Shown one piece after another: positions 1 to 9,670 of a stretch of 64,000 nt of DNA (positions within the stretch are counted from its first letter, which is position 1; the number at the start of each line of letters is the position of its first letter). The stretch lies in IMG/VR virus record IMGVR_UViG_3300047469_000094, one strand, 5' to 3'. Source of the DNA: a virus. Its lineage: Duplodnaviria; Heunggongvirae; Uroviricota; Caudoviricetes. The position numbers and the translations under genes are program-made. Below the pieces are notes generated by a model that was given only the letters and a program-made list of their open reading frames with translations, was not told where the DNA came from and did no database searches.

Positions 1-199
1 CAGAGCCATGCGTGGAGTAGGCAGTTCTTTGGTTTCACGATCACGCAGAAGCTCTTGGTCTTCTAGGCCAAATGCGATCTGAACTTCTAGGTAAAGAGGG
101 TCAGCAAAAGAGGCACGTTGGAAGTTAGGCTTCAGCATCTCTGCCAAAGTATCTTTGCCACTACCTTTCTTACCTGCCAGGGCTAAAACACGTTGCATA

Positions 200-457
200 T
201 TATTCTCCGAGATTGGAACGAGCAGCTTCAGCTCGTTTGGTACCTTCATCATAGCCTACCATGATCGCTCTTGCAAACCACGTAGTCATGAGGTCAACGT
301 CGATCTCAGAATGCGTCCAACGGTATCGCTTCTTGCACTCTACGAAGTTTTCAGCCCAGACAGATGCATCAAGTGATCTCTCCCAGGGGTTGTCCTCCAT
401 GGTCTTTACACGTTCTTTCAGTTCATCTACTAATGGCTGGTTGGTAGAATCACTCAT
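200..457 (-). CDS. hypothetical protein
   Basis: 85-aa ORF on the same strand as its neighbours, with a GAAGG RBS-like site upstream. Confidence 0.6.
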   Translation of the reverse strand: MSDSTNQPLVDELKERVKTMEDNPWERSLDASVWAENFVECKKRYRWTHSEIDVDLMTTWFARAIMVGYDEGTKRAEAARSNLGE

Positions 458-526
458 CCTTCACCTCACGTAATCTAAAAAAAGCTAAAAAGAAAGGACT
501 CGTTAGAGTCCAATCTTCGACCACCC

Positions 527-955
527 TTACAGGTAGTCTTTCAGGTTCAAGCCCAGCAGTTTGGCCGAACGTTCCAGAGCCTGGGTTTCAGAAGGTTCGA
601 TTTCACCGTCGGATTCGGCGATGGTCAGCATGATGTTCAGGACAGTAGCGGCGTCGGCAGGGGCGTGTTGCAGGTCGCTGAGTTCTTTTTCAGCGTTCTG
701 ACGCAGGATACGCATACCGGCTTTGAAGTCGGTTTTCGCACGATCCATCAGGTTGGACAGCTCGGCGCCGTAACCCTGGAGCTGAGGAGTGTTGCTGAGG
801 ATGACTTCAACTTTGTCCAGTTCAGCAGGTTCCAGGTCACCATCGGCGGCAGCGATGTAGATAGCGCCGTAGACGATTGCCTGCATCAAATCACGGTTTT
901 CCAGTTTAGCCATACCTGCACGAGCGGCTGCTGCTTTTTTACCGAAACCAAACAT
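527..955 (-). CDS. TerB-like (tellurite resistance family) protein
   Basis: Likely start MFGFGKK at 955; repeated 'IAAADGDLEPAE' and 'IAESDGEIEPSE' helical-hairpin motifs typical of TerB. Confidence 0.8.
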   Translation of the reverse strand: MFGFGKKAAAARAGMAKLENRDLMQAIVYGAIYIAAADGDLEPAELDKVEVILSNTPQLQGYGAELSNLMDRAKTDFKAGMRILRQNAEKELSDLQHAPADAATVLNIMLTIAESDGEIEPSETQALERSAKLLGLNLKDYL

Positions 956-1024
956 GTTGTATTCCCCAATCAATTTAGAGCGAAATGCCCAAGGTCTGTA
1001 AGAAGTATATCCTCTTACACTATC

Positions 1025-1054
1025 CTTATACCTGCATAGGGATAGCATAATTGA
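1025..1054 (-). promoter_or_regulatory. Early-class promoter, exemplar of a family of ~21 copies (TCAAT-N19-TATAAG or TCAAT-N17-TATAAC)
   Basis: Plus-strand [CG]TTATACC (one copy CTTATATC) at 1025, 1851, 2413, 2985, 11615, 12942, 13622, 19288, 26470, 27211, 27879, 27951, 29684, 30546, 31095, 35764, 53844, 55275, 56892, 58680, 59156; nearly all directly upstream of minus-strand ORFs. Confidence 0.85.
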
Positions 1055-1081
1055 AAAGGGCCTCCGAAGAGGCCCCTATCA

Positions 1082-1360
1082 TTAGGCGTTTACGCCACGT
1101 TTCAACGCTGCCGACGCAGCGAACTTGACACGTTTTCGGGCGGGAACATCGACCGGATCACCGGTACGTGGGTTGCGAACGGTGCGTGCAGCAACGTCCA
1201 TGACCTTGAGAGTGCCGAAGCCCGACAGACGTACGGCAGTGCCTTCGCCCAGCGAAGCACCGATGCTGCCCAGGATTTGTTCGTACAGGTCTTTGGCTTT
1301 CTTCAGGGTGATTTCGTTGTCAGCCGCAAGCTTGCGAACCAGTGCATCTTTGTTAATCAT
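1082..1360 (-). CDS. HU/IHF-family DNA-binding protein
   Basis: MINKDALV...VRLSGFGTLKV..AARTVRNPRTGDPVDVPARKRVKFAAS signature. Confidence 0.95.
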   Translation of the reverse strand: MINKDALVRKLAADNEITLKKAKDLYEQILGSIGASLGEGTAVRLSGFGTLKVMDVAARTVRNPRTGDPVDVPARKRVKFAASAALKRGVNA

Positions 1361-1482
1361 GGTATTTCCTTTGTAGTTAGTAGGGAACATTGACGTGTTG
1401 AGGTGGATAGTAGACAAGCTAAAAGAAAGTGTCAACAACTAAAACTAAAAAACCACGAATTAACGTGGCTTTTTATCTGACC

Positions 1483-1806
1483 CTACAAATTGTTAATTTG
1501 AGTAGTCGGAGTTAAGGAATAGTCCCTGATCAAGGTAGGGCCAAGATCCCATTCCTCCATAGTGATCCTTGCCTGGTAGTTCGAATAGAACATTCCGTCG
1601 GACAGAGACCCCCAAAGCTTTTCAGCTTCTTCCCGAGACTCAAAGAACCACGTTTTGTCCAAGTGCCAGTGGGCAACCTTGTCCGGCTTACCGCAGTTCA
1701 AAATTACTTTCCGGACTTTGAACACCGCGTCATCAGGCCAACCTTCACCAGAAGAGATGGCGTTGGCAACGATGCTCTTAGCAAACTCTTGTACTGAAGT
1801 ATCCAT
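1483..1806 (-). CDS. hypothetical protein (paralogue of 1916-2218)
   Basis: Shares the GWP[DE]DAV.K motif with the neighbouring ORF; own promoter at 1851. Confidence 0.7.
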   Translation of the reverse strand: MDTSVQEFAKSIVANAISSGEGWPDDAVFKVRKVILNCGKPDKVAHWHLDKTWFFESREEAEKLWGSLSDGMFYSNYQARITMEEWDLGPTLIRDYSLTPTTQINNL

Positions 1807-1915
1807 TTCAAAGCCCTCGAAGTAATAAGTAGTTTTTCTTCTCTACTATTCTTATACCTGTTTCAGATAATCCGTATTGAAACTAAAAAAGCCAAGAATA
1901 ATCTTGGCCTTTCTT

Positions 1916-2218
1916 TTACTTCCTGTTCGATGCAGGTACGTAGTCAGGATTCCTGAATTTGAACTCAGTCTTACCTGTGTACTCGTGACCATACCAGGAG
2001 GTTACGTAGACAACGATCTCGATAGGACCGTCTTTGGTAGCACGCAGTTTGTGCTGAGACAACCAAGTTTCGAACTGCGTTTGCGAGGCGAAGAAGTGAT
2101 TTACCAGATCAGAGCTGTGGACCCGCTTATTGTGGATGAAGAAATCACAGGCTTCGGCCTTGATTACTGCATCTTCAGGCCAGCCACTAGCTGCTTTGAG
2201 GATCTTGTCAAAACTCAT
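1916..2218 (-). CDS. hypothetical protein (paralogue of 1483-1806)
   Basis: GWPEDAVIK motif; followed by a hairpin terminator at ~1890-1917. Confidence 0.7.
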   Translation of the reverse strand: MSFDKILKAASGWPEDAVIKAEACDFFIHNKRVHSSDLVNHFFASQTQFETWLSQHKLRATKDGPIEIVVYVTSWYGHEYTGKTEFKFRNPDYVPASNRK

Positions 2219-2367
2219 TATGCCACCTCACTGTAGATCGGAAGAATGGATTGCAGAGCGTCCGCCTGACGACGAAGCTGGCTAGCACGACCCGGGTTTC
2301 CATCGGAGCAGAGAGTAGCCTGGAGCTGTAGATCTTTTACCGCATCGAGTATTTCGGAGTAGTTCAT
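2218..2367 (-). CDS. small hypothetical protein (49 aa, not in ORF track)
   Basis: Hand translation MNYSEILDAVKDLQLQ...YSEVA; follows the promoter at 2413; stop overlaps the next ATG. Confidence 0.6.
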   Translation of the reverse strand: MNYSEILDAVKDLQLQATLCSDGNPGRASQLRRQADALQSILPIYSEVA

Positions 2368-2473
2368 ATCAAAGGTCTCTAAGTAAGTGGAAGATAATTC
2401 TTCTCTACCTTACTTATACCAGTCTGCGCCTCAGGAAATGTAAAAAAGCCAGAGTGTTAGTCTGGCCTTTCGT

Positions 2474-2569
2474 TTACTCCGGAGTTACGTCTTTCTCTTG
2501 CTTGGCCGGGGAGAGAGCCAAGTAGATCAGGCCAGCAATTACGAGGATGCCGAAGGTGGAAGCTTTCAT
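2474..2569 (-). CDS. small membrane peptide (31 aa, not in ORF track)
   Basis: MKASTFGILVIAGLIYLALSPAKQEKDVTPE; AAGGG upstream, terminator downstream. Confidence 0.55.
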   Translation of the reverse strand: MKASTFGILVIAGLIYLALSPAKQEKDVTPE

Positions 2570-2579
2570 TGTGTAGCCC

Positions 2580-2927
2580 TTACGCAGTTTTGATGGAGGC
2601 AACAGCCGAGCACACCCGATCCAGAACATAGGTCGTAGTGTTCAGTTTGTGGTGCATGGAGAGAGTACGCATTTCGTTCAACGCCTGAACGGGGTCGCTC
2701 AGGTCGAAGGAGTCCATGCATTCTTGGGGAAGAACCACTTCTACCGAGTGCTCCTTGAGGAGGTCGGCACGATCTTGGTAGTAACCGGCCTGGCTGTGAG
2801 GCAGGTTGTTCAGGAACTTGCGGAAGCCAAGTTCACCGAGGTGGATGCTGAACCCAACACGGCTACGTCCCATGCGGAGTTCTGGGAGATTTTGGGTGAT
2901 CTTTACAACGTTATCAGTAGAGGTCAT
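2580..2927 (-). CDS. hypothetical protein
   Basis: 115-aa ORF after the promoter at 2985. Confidence 0.7.
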   Translation of the reverse strand: MTSTDNVVKITQNLPELRMGRSRVGFSIHLGELGFRKFLNNLPHSQAGYYQDRADLLKEHSVEVVLPQECMDSFDLSDPVQALNEMRTLSMHHKLNTTTYVLDRVCSAVASIKTA

Positions 2928-3015
2928 ATCGAAGGTCCGTTCTTAGTTTTAAGTGCAGAGGGAAGGTATTCCTTCTCTACATTACTTATACCGGTAACGG
3001 ACCCTCGATATTGAC

Positions 3016-3357
3016 TCAGCTCAGAGAGAGCTTTCCATCACGAAGATCTTGCAGAGTTTGCAAAATACCTTCCTGCAGGGACTTCGGAGCATTTGGATCG
3101 GCCAAGACATCCTTGATCAGCCGAGGCTCTTCAAGGTAATTCTTCTCCGCATGCTTCGAATGCAGCACTGCATCTGACGATTGATGCAGGTGAGCGTTAC
3201 AACCCAGTTCTACGAAGGCTGACCGTCGCTCCTGTGATACCGATTCCAACTGATCGGCTTCGATTGCGACGGCCAAGGCCAAAGGGTTCATTAAAGTCGT
3301 TAATTCGTTGGTCAATTCCACGCCGAAAGTCGGCAGTACAAATGTCTTCTGGTTCAT
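3016..3357 (-). CDS. hypothetical protein
   Basis: 113 aa; ATG overlaps the stop of the deaminase gene. Confidence 0.65.
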   Translation of the reverse strand: MNQKTFVLPTFGVELTNELTTLMNPLALAVAIEADQLESVSQERRSAFVELGCNAHLHQSSDAVLHSKHAEKNYLEEPRLIKDVLADPNAPKSLQEGILQTLQDLRDGKLSLS

Positions 3358-3833
3358 AGCGATTCCTCTGTAATGTACACGATGTCAACTCCGGCCTCTT
3401 CAAACATTTCAAGAACGATAGGGTCGTGCTCTTCCCAACGTTGCTGCCTTGCATGATCACTATCCGTTCGTCTGAAGATAACCACCTGAGTGATTCCAAC
3501 GTTGATGATCGCCCTAGCACAGTCGCAACAAATACCGATAGGGGAGTCAAGCAGGATACGACACCCCTGTAGAGGTGTCCCAACCCTAGCGGCGTTGTAT
3601 ATTGCGTTGCGCTCTGCGTGTTCGGTATATGAGTATTTAGCCGGACGAAGATGTCTAGCGTCTTTGCTATCATCGACCCCTCGCGGAAATCCGTTGTATC
3701 CAATTGCTCTAACTTCAAAGCCCGATCCCAGTATGGCAGCTCCAAGTTTAGTACTCCTATCTTTGCTGAGGGCGGCAGCCGCACGGCTAAAAACCATGAA
3801 CTCCCTTAGTTTTTCTAGTTCCCGCTCTTTCAC
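3354..3833 (-). CDS. dCMP deaminase
   Basis: HAERNAI and CCDC zinc-binding motifs, plus IGYNGFPRG. Confidence 0.9.
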   Translation of the reverse strand: MKERELEKLREFMVFSRAAAALSKDRSTKLGAAILGSGFEVRAIGYNGFPRGVDDSKDARHLRPAKYSYTEHAERNAIYNAARVGTPLQGCRILLDSPIGICCDCARAIINVGITQVVIFRRTDSDHARQQRWEEHDPIVLEMFEEAGVDIVYITEESL

Positions 3834-4448
3834 TTATCTGCCTTCTACATAGTCTGCGTAGTAGCAGGATACTCCTTCTCGGAAGGTTCGTACACTATGC
3901 AGATTGCCATCCCGCCCGGAGAACGCAGAGTTCCATGGTTGCTTCGGAACGAACTGCAAGGCGTCAGGGTAGTTCTCTGCTAGGTCGTAGATGTTGTGCA
4001 GGGCATCATCGAAGACGACAGCGGGTTCAATACCTCCGTAAGCCTTGCGGATAGCGTCTGCCTTCGTCTGACCTTGATCAGGGATAATCACCTGATGGCA
4101 AGGGATCTTGTGAAGACCCATCCAGTACTCAGTCTTTACGAAGGCATGTGGATCGTAGTCCCGAGAAGTAACTACGGCAACGTGGTGATCCTTGACCAAC
4201 CGGATCATACACTCAGCAGTACCTGGGAGCGGAGCACAGCTCTCCATCAGCTTGTCTTCTTTGATCGCATTGGCGAACTGGGAGAACGTGATTTCGTAAA
4301 GATCCAAGATGCCGTGGAAATCCACGAAGTCAGTCTTCACGTAATCTCTGTGGAATCGATGGTTGAGAGACTGCATGAGGATGTTGCAGAAGTCGCCTTG
4401 AGTATCATCAAGATCGACCACCGCCAAAGGCTTACCTGTATAGATCAT
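3834..4448 (-). CDS. HAD-family 5'(3')-deoxyribonucleotidase
   Basis: VVDLDDT motif I, VVTSR motif II, VFDD motif IV. Confidence 0.8.
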   Translation of the reverse strand: MIYTGKPLAVVDLDDTQGDFCNILMQSLNHRFHRDYVKTDFVDFHGILDLYEITFSQFANAIKEDKLMESCAPLPGTAECMIRLVKDHHVAVVTSRDYDPHAFVKTEYWMGLHKIPCHQVIIPDQGQTKADAIRKAYGGIEPAVVFDDALHNIYDLAENYPDALQFVPKQPWNSAFSGRDGNLHSVRTFREGVSCYYADYVEGR

Positions 4449-4489
4449 TTCTTACTCCAAAGAAAAGGCCCTCGGTTGAGGGCCCTTGT

Positions 4490-5515
4490 TTACACGATGA
4501 TTTTGTGTTCGGGTAGTACTAATCGCTCTACGTCGTACTTACTCCAGACATCACCCCAGTCGCCTTGGGTACTGGCCTTGCTGTATTCAGTGGAACGGTT
4601 CTCGAAGAAGTTGGTGTGCTCTTCCCCGTTCAGGATGTGGTCCAGCCAATCTAAAGGATTCTTCTTGACCTTGAAGATACCTTTCATCCCAAGACCAATC
4701 AAACGACGGTCTGCGATGAAACGAATGTACTGCTTCACTTCCTCAGGCGTCATACCTTCTACGCCACCAAGCTCAAAGGACAGATCGATAAAGGCATCTT
4801 CCTGACGAACGATCTCTTCGAAAGCACCGTAGACATCGTTCCTTAGCTCTTTAGTTATACCACCCATTCGCTCTTTTACGAAAGCCTTGAACATATTGCT
4901 CATGCCTTCTACGTGCAAACTTTCATCACGAACAGACCAAGTGATGATCTGGCCCATGCCTTTCATAAGATTGTGGCGTGGGAAGTTCAAGAGCATTGCG
5001 AACGAGCTAAACAGTTGAACGCCTTCTAGACCACCCGAGATAACGGCCATGGACTTGGCCATTTCATACTCGTTGTCTACGTTGAACTGACCAACGAAGT
5101 CATGCTTCTCTTTCATTGCCTCGTACTGGAGGAACGCCTTGTACTCGACTTCTGGCATACCGACGGTATCGAGCAGCAGGGAGTACGAGTGCGCATGGAC
5201 CGATTCGATGTTTGCAAATGCAACCAGCATCATGCGAATCTCAGGAATGTTACCAAAGACGTGCAGGTATTTGTCTATGTAGCTCTGGGAAATATCCACG
5301 TCAGCTTGTGTAAAGAAACGGAAGAGCTGGGTCAGCAAGTGACGCTGAGATTCGTTCAGTTTGAAGTTCCAGTCCTTAACGTCTTCGTGGAGTGGTACTT
5401 CTTCAGGCAACCAATGAACTTGGTTCTGAACTAGATAGTTGTCGAATGCCCATGGGTACTCGAAAGGTTTGTAATGGGCGCGTCCGGTAAGAAAAGGCAT
5501 CGGTAAAACTCGCAA
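4490..5515 (-). CDS. nrdB: ribonucleotide reductase class Ia beta subunit
   Basis: WLPEEV, FFTQAD, ESVHAHSY, RDESLH di-iron motifs. Confidence 0.95.
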   Translation of the reverse strand: MRVLPMPFLTGRAHYKPFEYPWAFDNYLVQNQVHWLPEEVPLHEDVKDWNFKLNESQRHLLTQLFRFFTQADVDISQSYIDKYLHVFGNIPEIRMMLVAFANIESVHAHSYSLLLDTVGMPEVEYKAFLQYEAMKEKHDFVGQFNVDNEYEMAKSMAVISGGLEGVQLFSSFAMLLNFPRHNLMKGMGQIITWSVRDESLHVEGMSNMFKAFVKERMGGITKELRNDVYGAFEEIVRQEDAFIDLSFELGGVEGMTPEEVKQYIRFIADRRLIGLGMKGIFKVKKNPLDWLDHILNGEEHTNFFENRSTEYSKASTQGDWGDVWSKYDVERLVLPEHKIIV

Positions 5516-5534
5516 TGGTTAACTGTGTTCTAGT

Positions 5535-5744
5535 CTACTCAGGGTTTTGGAATTCATCAATAGCCGTCAGCAAGAACTGGTTCTCTTTTTTAAGACGATC
5601 CAACTCAATAGATAGATCTACAACCTCTCTCTTCAGATCAAAGGTCTCTTTCTGAAAAGCAAGAGCGAATCCTACTAATTCTGAAACCTCTTCCGAACGA
5701 TTGTATCGAATGAGATTGGCACAGATGGTTATGAATTTGTCCAA
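5535..5744 (-). CDS. hypothetical coiled-coil protein
   Basis: 69-aa ORF between nrdA and nrdB. Confidence 0.5.
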   Translation of the reverse strand: MDKFITICANLIRYNRSEEVSELVGFALAFQKETFDLKREVVDLSIELDRLKKENQFLLTAIDEFQNPE

Positions 5745-5788
5745 AGTAACCTCGGTAGAAAAAGGCCTCCGAAGAGGCCCTTGCTATG

Positions 5789-7591
5789 TTACTGACAGGC
5801 TAGGCATCCGTCAGCATCAAACGAGTTAAAAGAAAGCTCTTCGACTTCTACCGCATCCATCTTCTCACGCATTACAGAGTGCGAGACGACGTCTGCACGA
5901 CGCAAGCTCTTAGAGCGGAGATAGTACAGGCTCTTGATCTTCTTCGTCTTCCAGGCCATCAGGTGAAGCGCCAGGAGCTCAAGCTTGTGTACGTTAGGAC
6001 GCACGAAGATGTTGGTGGAGATCATCTGGTCTACGTACGGCTGACGAGTTGCAGCGTGTTCGATAACCCAACGTTGGTCTTCTTCGAAAGCAGTACGGTA
6101 AACCGCTTTGTCGTCGTCGGTCAGGCCTTCCAAGTTCTGGACGGAGCCTTCGTTGGTGATGATGTACGACCAAACCTCCGGTGTGTTCATGCCCAACTCC
6201 TCCAAGCGGAGCTCCAGGAAACGGTTACGTACCTGGAAAGAACCACTCAGGGTTTTTTGGGTGAACGCGTTTGCAGACCATAGCTCCATTGACGGTGATA
6301 CGGTCCCACAAATGATAGATACCGATGCGGTTGGAGCGATAGCAGTAACGTTTGCATTACGACGCATAACGCCATGGCGACCAGCATCCGGGCACGGACC
6401 TTTCTCGTGAGCGAGTTTTTCAGTGGCGGCATCACAACCTACCTTGATGTGCTTGCCCATACGCATGTTGATGGATTTGGCCATCGCCGATGCAAACGGG
6501 ATTCCTTTGGACTGGAGGTACGAGTGGAAACCCATAACGCCAACGCCCAAACTACGCTCTTGGGATGCAGAGAACTTGGCACGAGAAAGCTCCTCAGGAG
6601 CGTTGTCGATGAAGTCTTGCAGGATATTATCGGTGTAGCGTACGCAATCTTCGATGAAGAGAGGATCTTTGCTCCACTCGTCGAAGTACAGTTGGTTAAG
6701 CTGAAACAGGCAGCATACGGCAGTACGTTCTTCGTTCGTTGCCAACCAAATTTCAGAACACAGGTTGGACGTTACAGGGATCAGGCCGTCAGCTCTGTGA
6801 TACTCAGGGATAGCTGCGTTGGCAGTATCTTCGAAGATCAAATAAGGAGTGCCGGTTTCCAGACGGGAAATAACAATTTTCTGGAAGAGGTCCCGGGCGG
6901 AGATAGTCTTGACGACTTCCTTGGTGTTAGGGCAGATCAGATCAAAACCACGACCTTCATCAACCGCTTCCATGAATGCGTCAGAAAGAGTGATACCATT
7001 GAAAAGGTTCAGGCACTTACGGTTTGCATCACCACCAGTTGCACGACGGATGTCGATGAACTCTTCGATCTCAGGGTGACTTACGGGGAGGTACGCCGCC
7101 GCTGCACCACGACGAAGATTGCCCTGGGAGACACCCATAGTGATGGAGTCTTGGATCTTCATGAACGGTACTACACCGCTGCTCTTGCCACCACCACGCA
7201 CACGGGCGTTGATGCCACGCACATTCCCCCAGAAAGTACCGATGCCGCCACCGTTGGCAGACAGTTCACCGTTCTCAGTATAGGTGCCGAAGATACTCTT
7301 ACGACTGTCTTGAACTTCATTCAGGTAGCAGGAGATGGAAAGACCGCGATCAGTACCGGAGTTAGTAAGACCTGGTGTCGGGGTGATAGCCCAGTGGCCG
7401 GAGAAATAGTTGTACATTCGTTGAGCGTGGGCATCATCGTCTGCACCTGCACGAGCCACCCGTGCGAACATCTGTTGTACGTTTTCGCCATTCCAGAGGT
7501 AACGGTCCTCTACTGTTGCAAGACCGAATGGGGTCATCAAGGCATCCTTAGAATAATCTAGGTTGATGCCTGCGTGTTGGGATTTGGACAT
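5789..7591 (-). CDS. nrdA: ribonucleotide reductase class Ia alpha subunit
   Basis: SCYL, SNLCSEI, AVCCL, IAPTAS and a C-terminal CLACQ redox pair; no intein seen. Confidence 0.95.
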   Translation of the reverse strand: MSKSQHAGINLDYSKDALMTPFGLATVEDRYLWNGENVQQMFARVARAGADDDAHAQRMYNYFSGHWAITPTPGLTNSGTDRGLSISCYLNEVQDSRKSIFGTYTENGELSANGGGIGTFWGNVRGINARVRGGGKSSGVVPFMKIQDSITMGVSQGNLRRGAAAAYLPVSHPEIEEFIDIRRATGGDANRKCLNLFNGITLSDAFMEAVDEGRGFDLICPNTKEVVKTISARDLFQKIVISRLETGTPYLIFEDTANAAIPEYHRADGLIPVTSNLCSEIWLATNEERTAVCCLFQLNQLYFDEWSKDPLFIEDCVRYTDNILQDFIDNAPEELSRAKFSASQERSLGVGVMGFHSYLQSKGIPFASAMAKSINMRMGKHIKVGCDAATEKLAHEKGPCPDAGRHGVMRRNANVTAIAPTASVSIICGTVSPSMELWSANAFTQKTLSGSFQVRNRFLELRLEELGMNTPEVWSYIITNEGSVQNLEGLTDDDKAVYRTAFEEDQRWVIEHAATRQPYVDQMISTNIFVRPNVHKLELLALHLMAWKTKKIKSLYYLRSKSLRRADVVSHSVMREKMDAVEVEELSFNSFDADGCLACQ

Positions 7592-7676
7592 TGAAGGGGA
7601 AGCCTACTTTATCTTTTCGAGAGGCTAATGATAGTTCAGTTGAAGGGGCCTGTACAAGCACCCCGGGAAAGGAATT

Positions 7677-7973
7677 TTAACGATCTACGATGATGGCAAG
7701 GATCTCTCGGGCCCGCATAATGGCCAGTCTTTCGCCATCAATAGTCATCTCGCTGCTACCGATGTGAGGCGGCAAAACTACCCAGTGTCCTACCTTAACT
7801 GGCAGCGGGCAAAGCTCCCCACTTTCCAGAAGTACGCCAGGACCTACTTCCAGTACTTGACCGATAAGGGCCTCGTTACCACCGCCATCTCCGAGGTAAA
7901 TACCACTTTCAGTTTTTTGTTTCTCAGGCTCTACTCGGATTAAAACTTGATCGTACATTGGTGCTAATTTCAT
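7677..7973 (-). CDS. groES: GroES-like co-chaperonin
   Basis: MKLAPMYDQVLIR...KTESGIYL...GQVLEVGPG...VKVG...REILAI. Confidence 0.9.
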   Translation of the reverse strand: MKLAPMYDQVLIRVEPEKQKTESGIYLGDGGGNEALIGQVLEVGPGVLLESGELCPLPVKVGHWVVLPPHIGSSEMTIDGERLAIMRAREILAIIVDR

Positions 7974-8524
7974 TACGCGGTACCTGTATGGCCAAAACCA
8001 CCGTTTCGGCTGCTATGTTTATCGCTGAGAGTATCAACGAAGCTAAAAGAACAACGCTCATCTTTGACCAGTTCGATCTGGGCAATACGGTCGCCGTTTT
8101 TGATTTCTGCGTACTCATCAGAGAGGTTGATGATTGGAACAAATAACTCGTTCTGGTAGTCCTCGTCGATAACTCCCTCACCACATACTACGGTCATACC
8201 CAGTTTGAAACTGAGACCTGATCGTGGGTGGACTCGGAGGCTGTACCCTTCAGGTATATCGAAGACTAGGCCAGTAGGTATCAGGGCTCTTCCCCGTGGC
8301 GGTATTACGATTAAATCGTCGGCATGTTTCTTTACAAGCCCAGGTAGCCAAGGACGTACTAGGCCAAGGAAACCCTGAAGAAGACTAGCGTCATTATTCT
8401 CGTCCAGTACTTTCACAGACCCCGGATCGCCAAGGCTAGCTCTCAGATCAGCACATGCCGATCTCTCAGTACCGTACTCCGGCAGCTTCACACCGTCACG
8501 AATTGCTTTTACGCCTACCTGCAT
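7973..8524 (-). CDS. dut: trimeric dUTPase
   Basis: ACADL, PRSGLS, GVIDEDY, GDRIAQ, RNGGFGHTG motifs 1-5. Confidence 0.95.
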   Translation of the reverse strand: MQVGVKAIRDGVKLPEYGTERSACADLRASLGDPGSVKVLDENNDASLLQGFLGLVRPWLPGLVKKHADDLIVIPPRGRALIPTGLVFDIPEGYSLRVHPRSGLSFKLGMTVVCGEGVIDEDYQNELFVPIINLSDEYAEIKNGDRIAQIELVKDERCSFSFVDTLSDKHSSRNGGFGHTGTA

Positions 8525-8572
8525 TTCTCACCTCGGCTAAAAAAGACCCCAGTTACGGGGTCTTATGGTTTG

Positions 8573-9634
8573 TTACTCTTCAAGGGGTTTCTGCAACCCC
8601 TCTTTTACCTTCTTGGCAATCTCGGCCAGCTCTTCTTCATGTGCCTTCTGCAAAGCCTCAGACTGAGCCTTGAAATCAGTGGTGTTCATGATGAATGGCA
8701 TGACCATAGCTTCTTCGAAAGAGTAACCTGGGAAGTACTCGGAAGCAACTACCAAAGGACTGGTATTGCTGGAGCCGGGATCACTCATCCAGATGTTCAG
8801 TACAAACTCGATGTCTGCTTCGTCTACAGGTTCTTTGAAGTCCAAGACTTCATCCAGCAAAAGAACCCAAGGCGGCTGCATGATGAACGTCCGTGGAGTT
8901 TTAAACGCTTCAATCCACGGACTGCCTTCTTCCGCATTCTCCAGGACTTTGGCCCAAGGGTCAACCTTGATTACCGCAGAGCCGATGTTCTCTTCATGCT
9001 CGATATCCCCAAGAGCTTCTAAACCTGCAACTCCAACCTTGGAGAGAGAGAGGTCAGAACTTTTGGTAACTGCATCGGCAAGATAGGTAGCACTCGACTC
9101 GCGGGTAGACAACACCGAAATATCCTTAAAGGACGGTGGTGTTGCCTGCTTACCATATGGCTTAAGGATCGAAGCAACGTGCTCCGCCAGATGGTTGATA
9201 CTTACGTGGGTAACATCACCCTCGTAGTAGTGGTCGTACCAGGCCTTAGCTGAACGCGCTACACCTACGGTACTGTCCAGGTTATCGCCCTTGATAGCCA
9301 GGAGGTGCAAGTTGCCACCCTTGGTTACGGCGAAGTCCATACGGACGGTTAGGGAAAAGTCTTGGTGAGCCCAGGACTGTGCCACTGCTTTGTAAACTTC
9401 ATTACGGGTGATCCCAGGATATTCCGGGCAGAGCTCAGGATCTGCATTTTCAAAGAATGCATTGATCTTGTTCACTACCTTCGGAAGAGATTCCGAAATG
9501 GCCTGAGAGATTGAGGTCGGTAACTTTCCAAGAACAATCATCTGACCCTCGCTCCATTTCTCCGGATTGAATCCGCTTTTTTGGATACGAGCTTCCCAGT
9601 TAGATCGAAGTGCAACTTGTTCTTTAGTAAACAT
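8573..9634 (-). CDS. divergent glutathionylspermidine-synthase-like ATP-grasp protein
   Basis: VRMDFAV..GNLHLLAIKGD and KVDPWAKV...MQPPW resemble GSP synthase motifs, but the usual Glu after RFD is absent. Confidence 0.55.
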   Translation of the reverse strand: MFTKEQVALRSNWEARIQKSGFNPEKWSEGQMIVLGKLPTSISQAISESLPKVVNKINAFFENADPELCPEYPGITRNEVYKAVAQSWAHQDFSLTVRMDFAVTKGGNLHLLAIKGDNLDSTVGVARSAKAWYDHYYEGDVTHVSINHLAEHVASILKPYGKQATPPSFKDISVLSTRESSATYLADAVTKSSDLSLSKVGVAGLEALGDIEHEENIGSAVIKVDPWAKVLENAEEGSPWIEAFKTPRTFIMQPPWVLLLDEVLDFKEPVDEADIEFVLNIWMSDPGSSNTSPLVVASEYFPGYSFEEAMVMPFIMNTTDFKAQSEALQKAHEEELAEIAKKVKEGLQKPLEE

Positions 9635-9670
9635 GATATAGCCTTATTTTTCTAAGTTAAGCAGAAACGC

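Noticed and set aside
3197-3784. 195-aa minus-strand ORF overlapping the dCMP deaminase
   Set aside because: Alternate frame of a well-supported gene; no motif or RBS
6374-7561. 395-aa plus-strand ORF (and other long ORFs at 3996, 5879, 11660, 21406, 42307, 43066, 49688)
   Set aside because: They are antisense shadows of strongly codon-biased real genes (nrdA, nrdB, RNAP, scaffold, sheath), with no RBS, promoter or recognisable motifs
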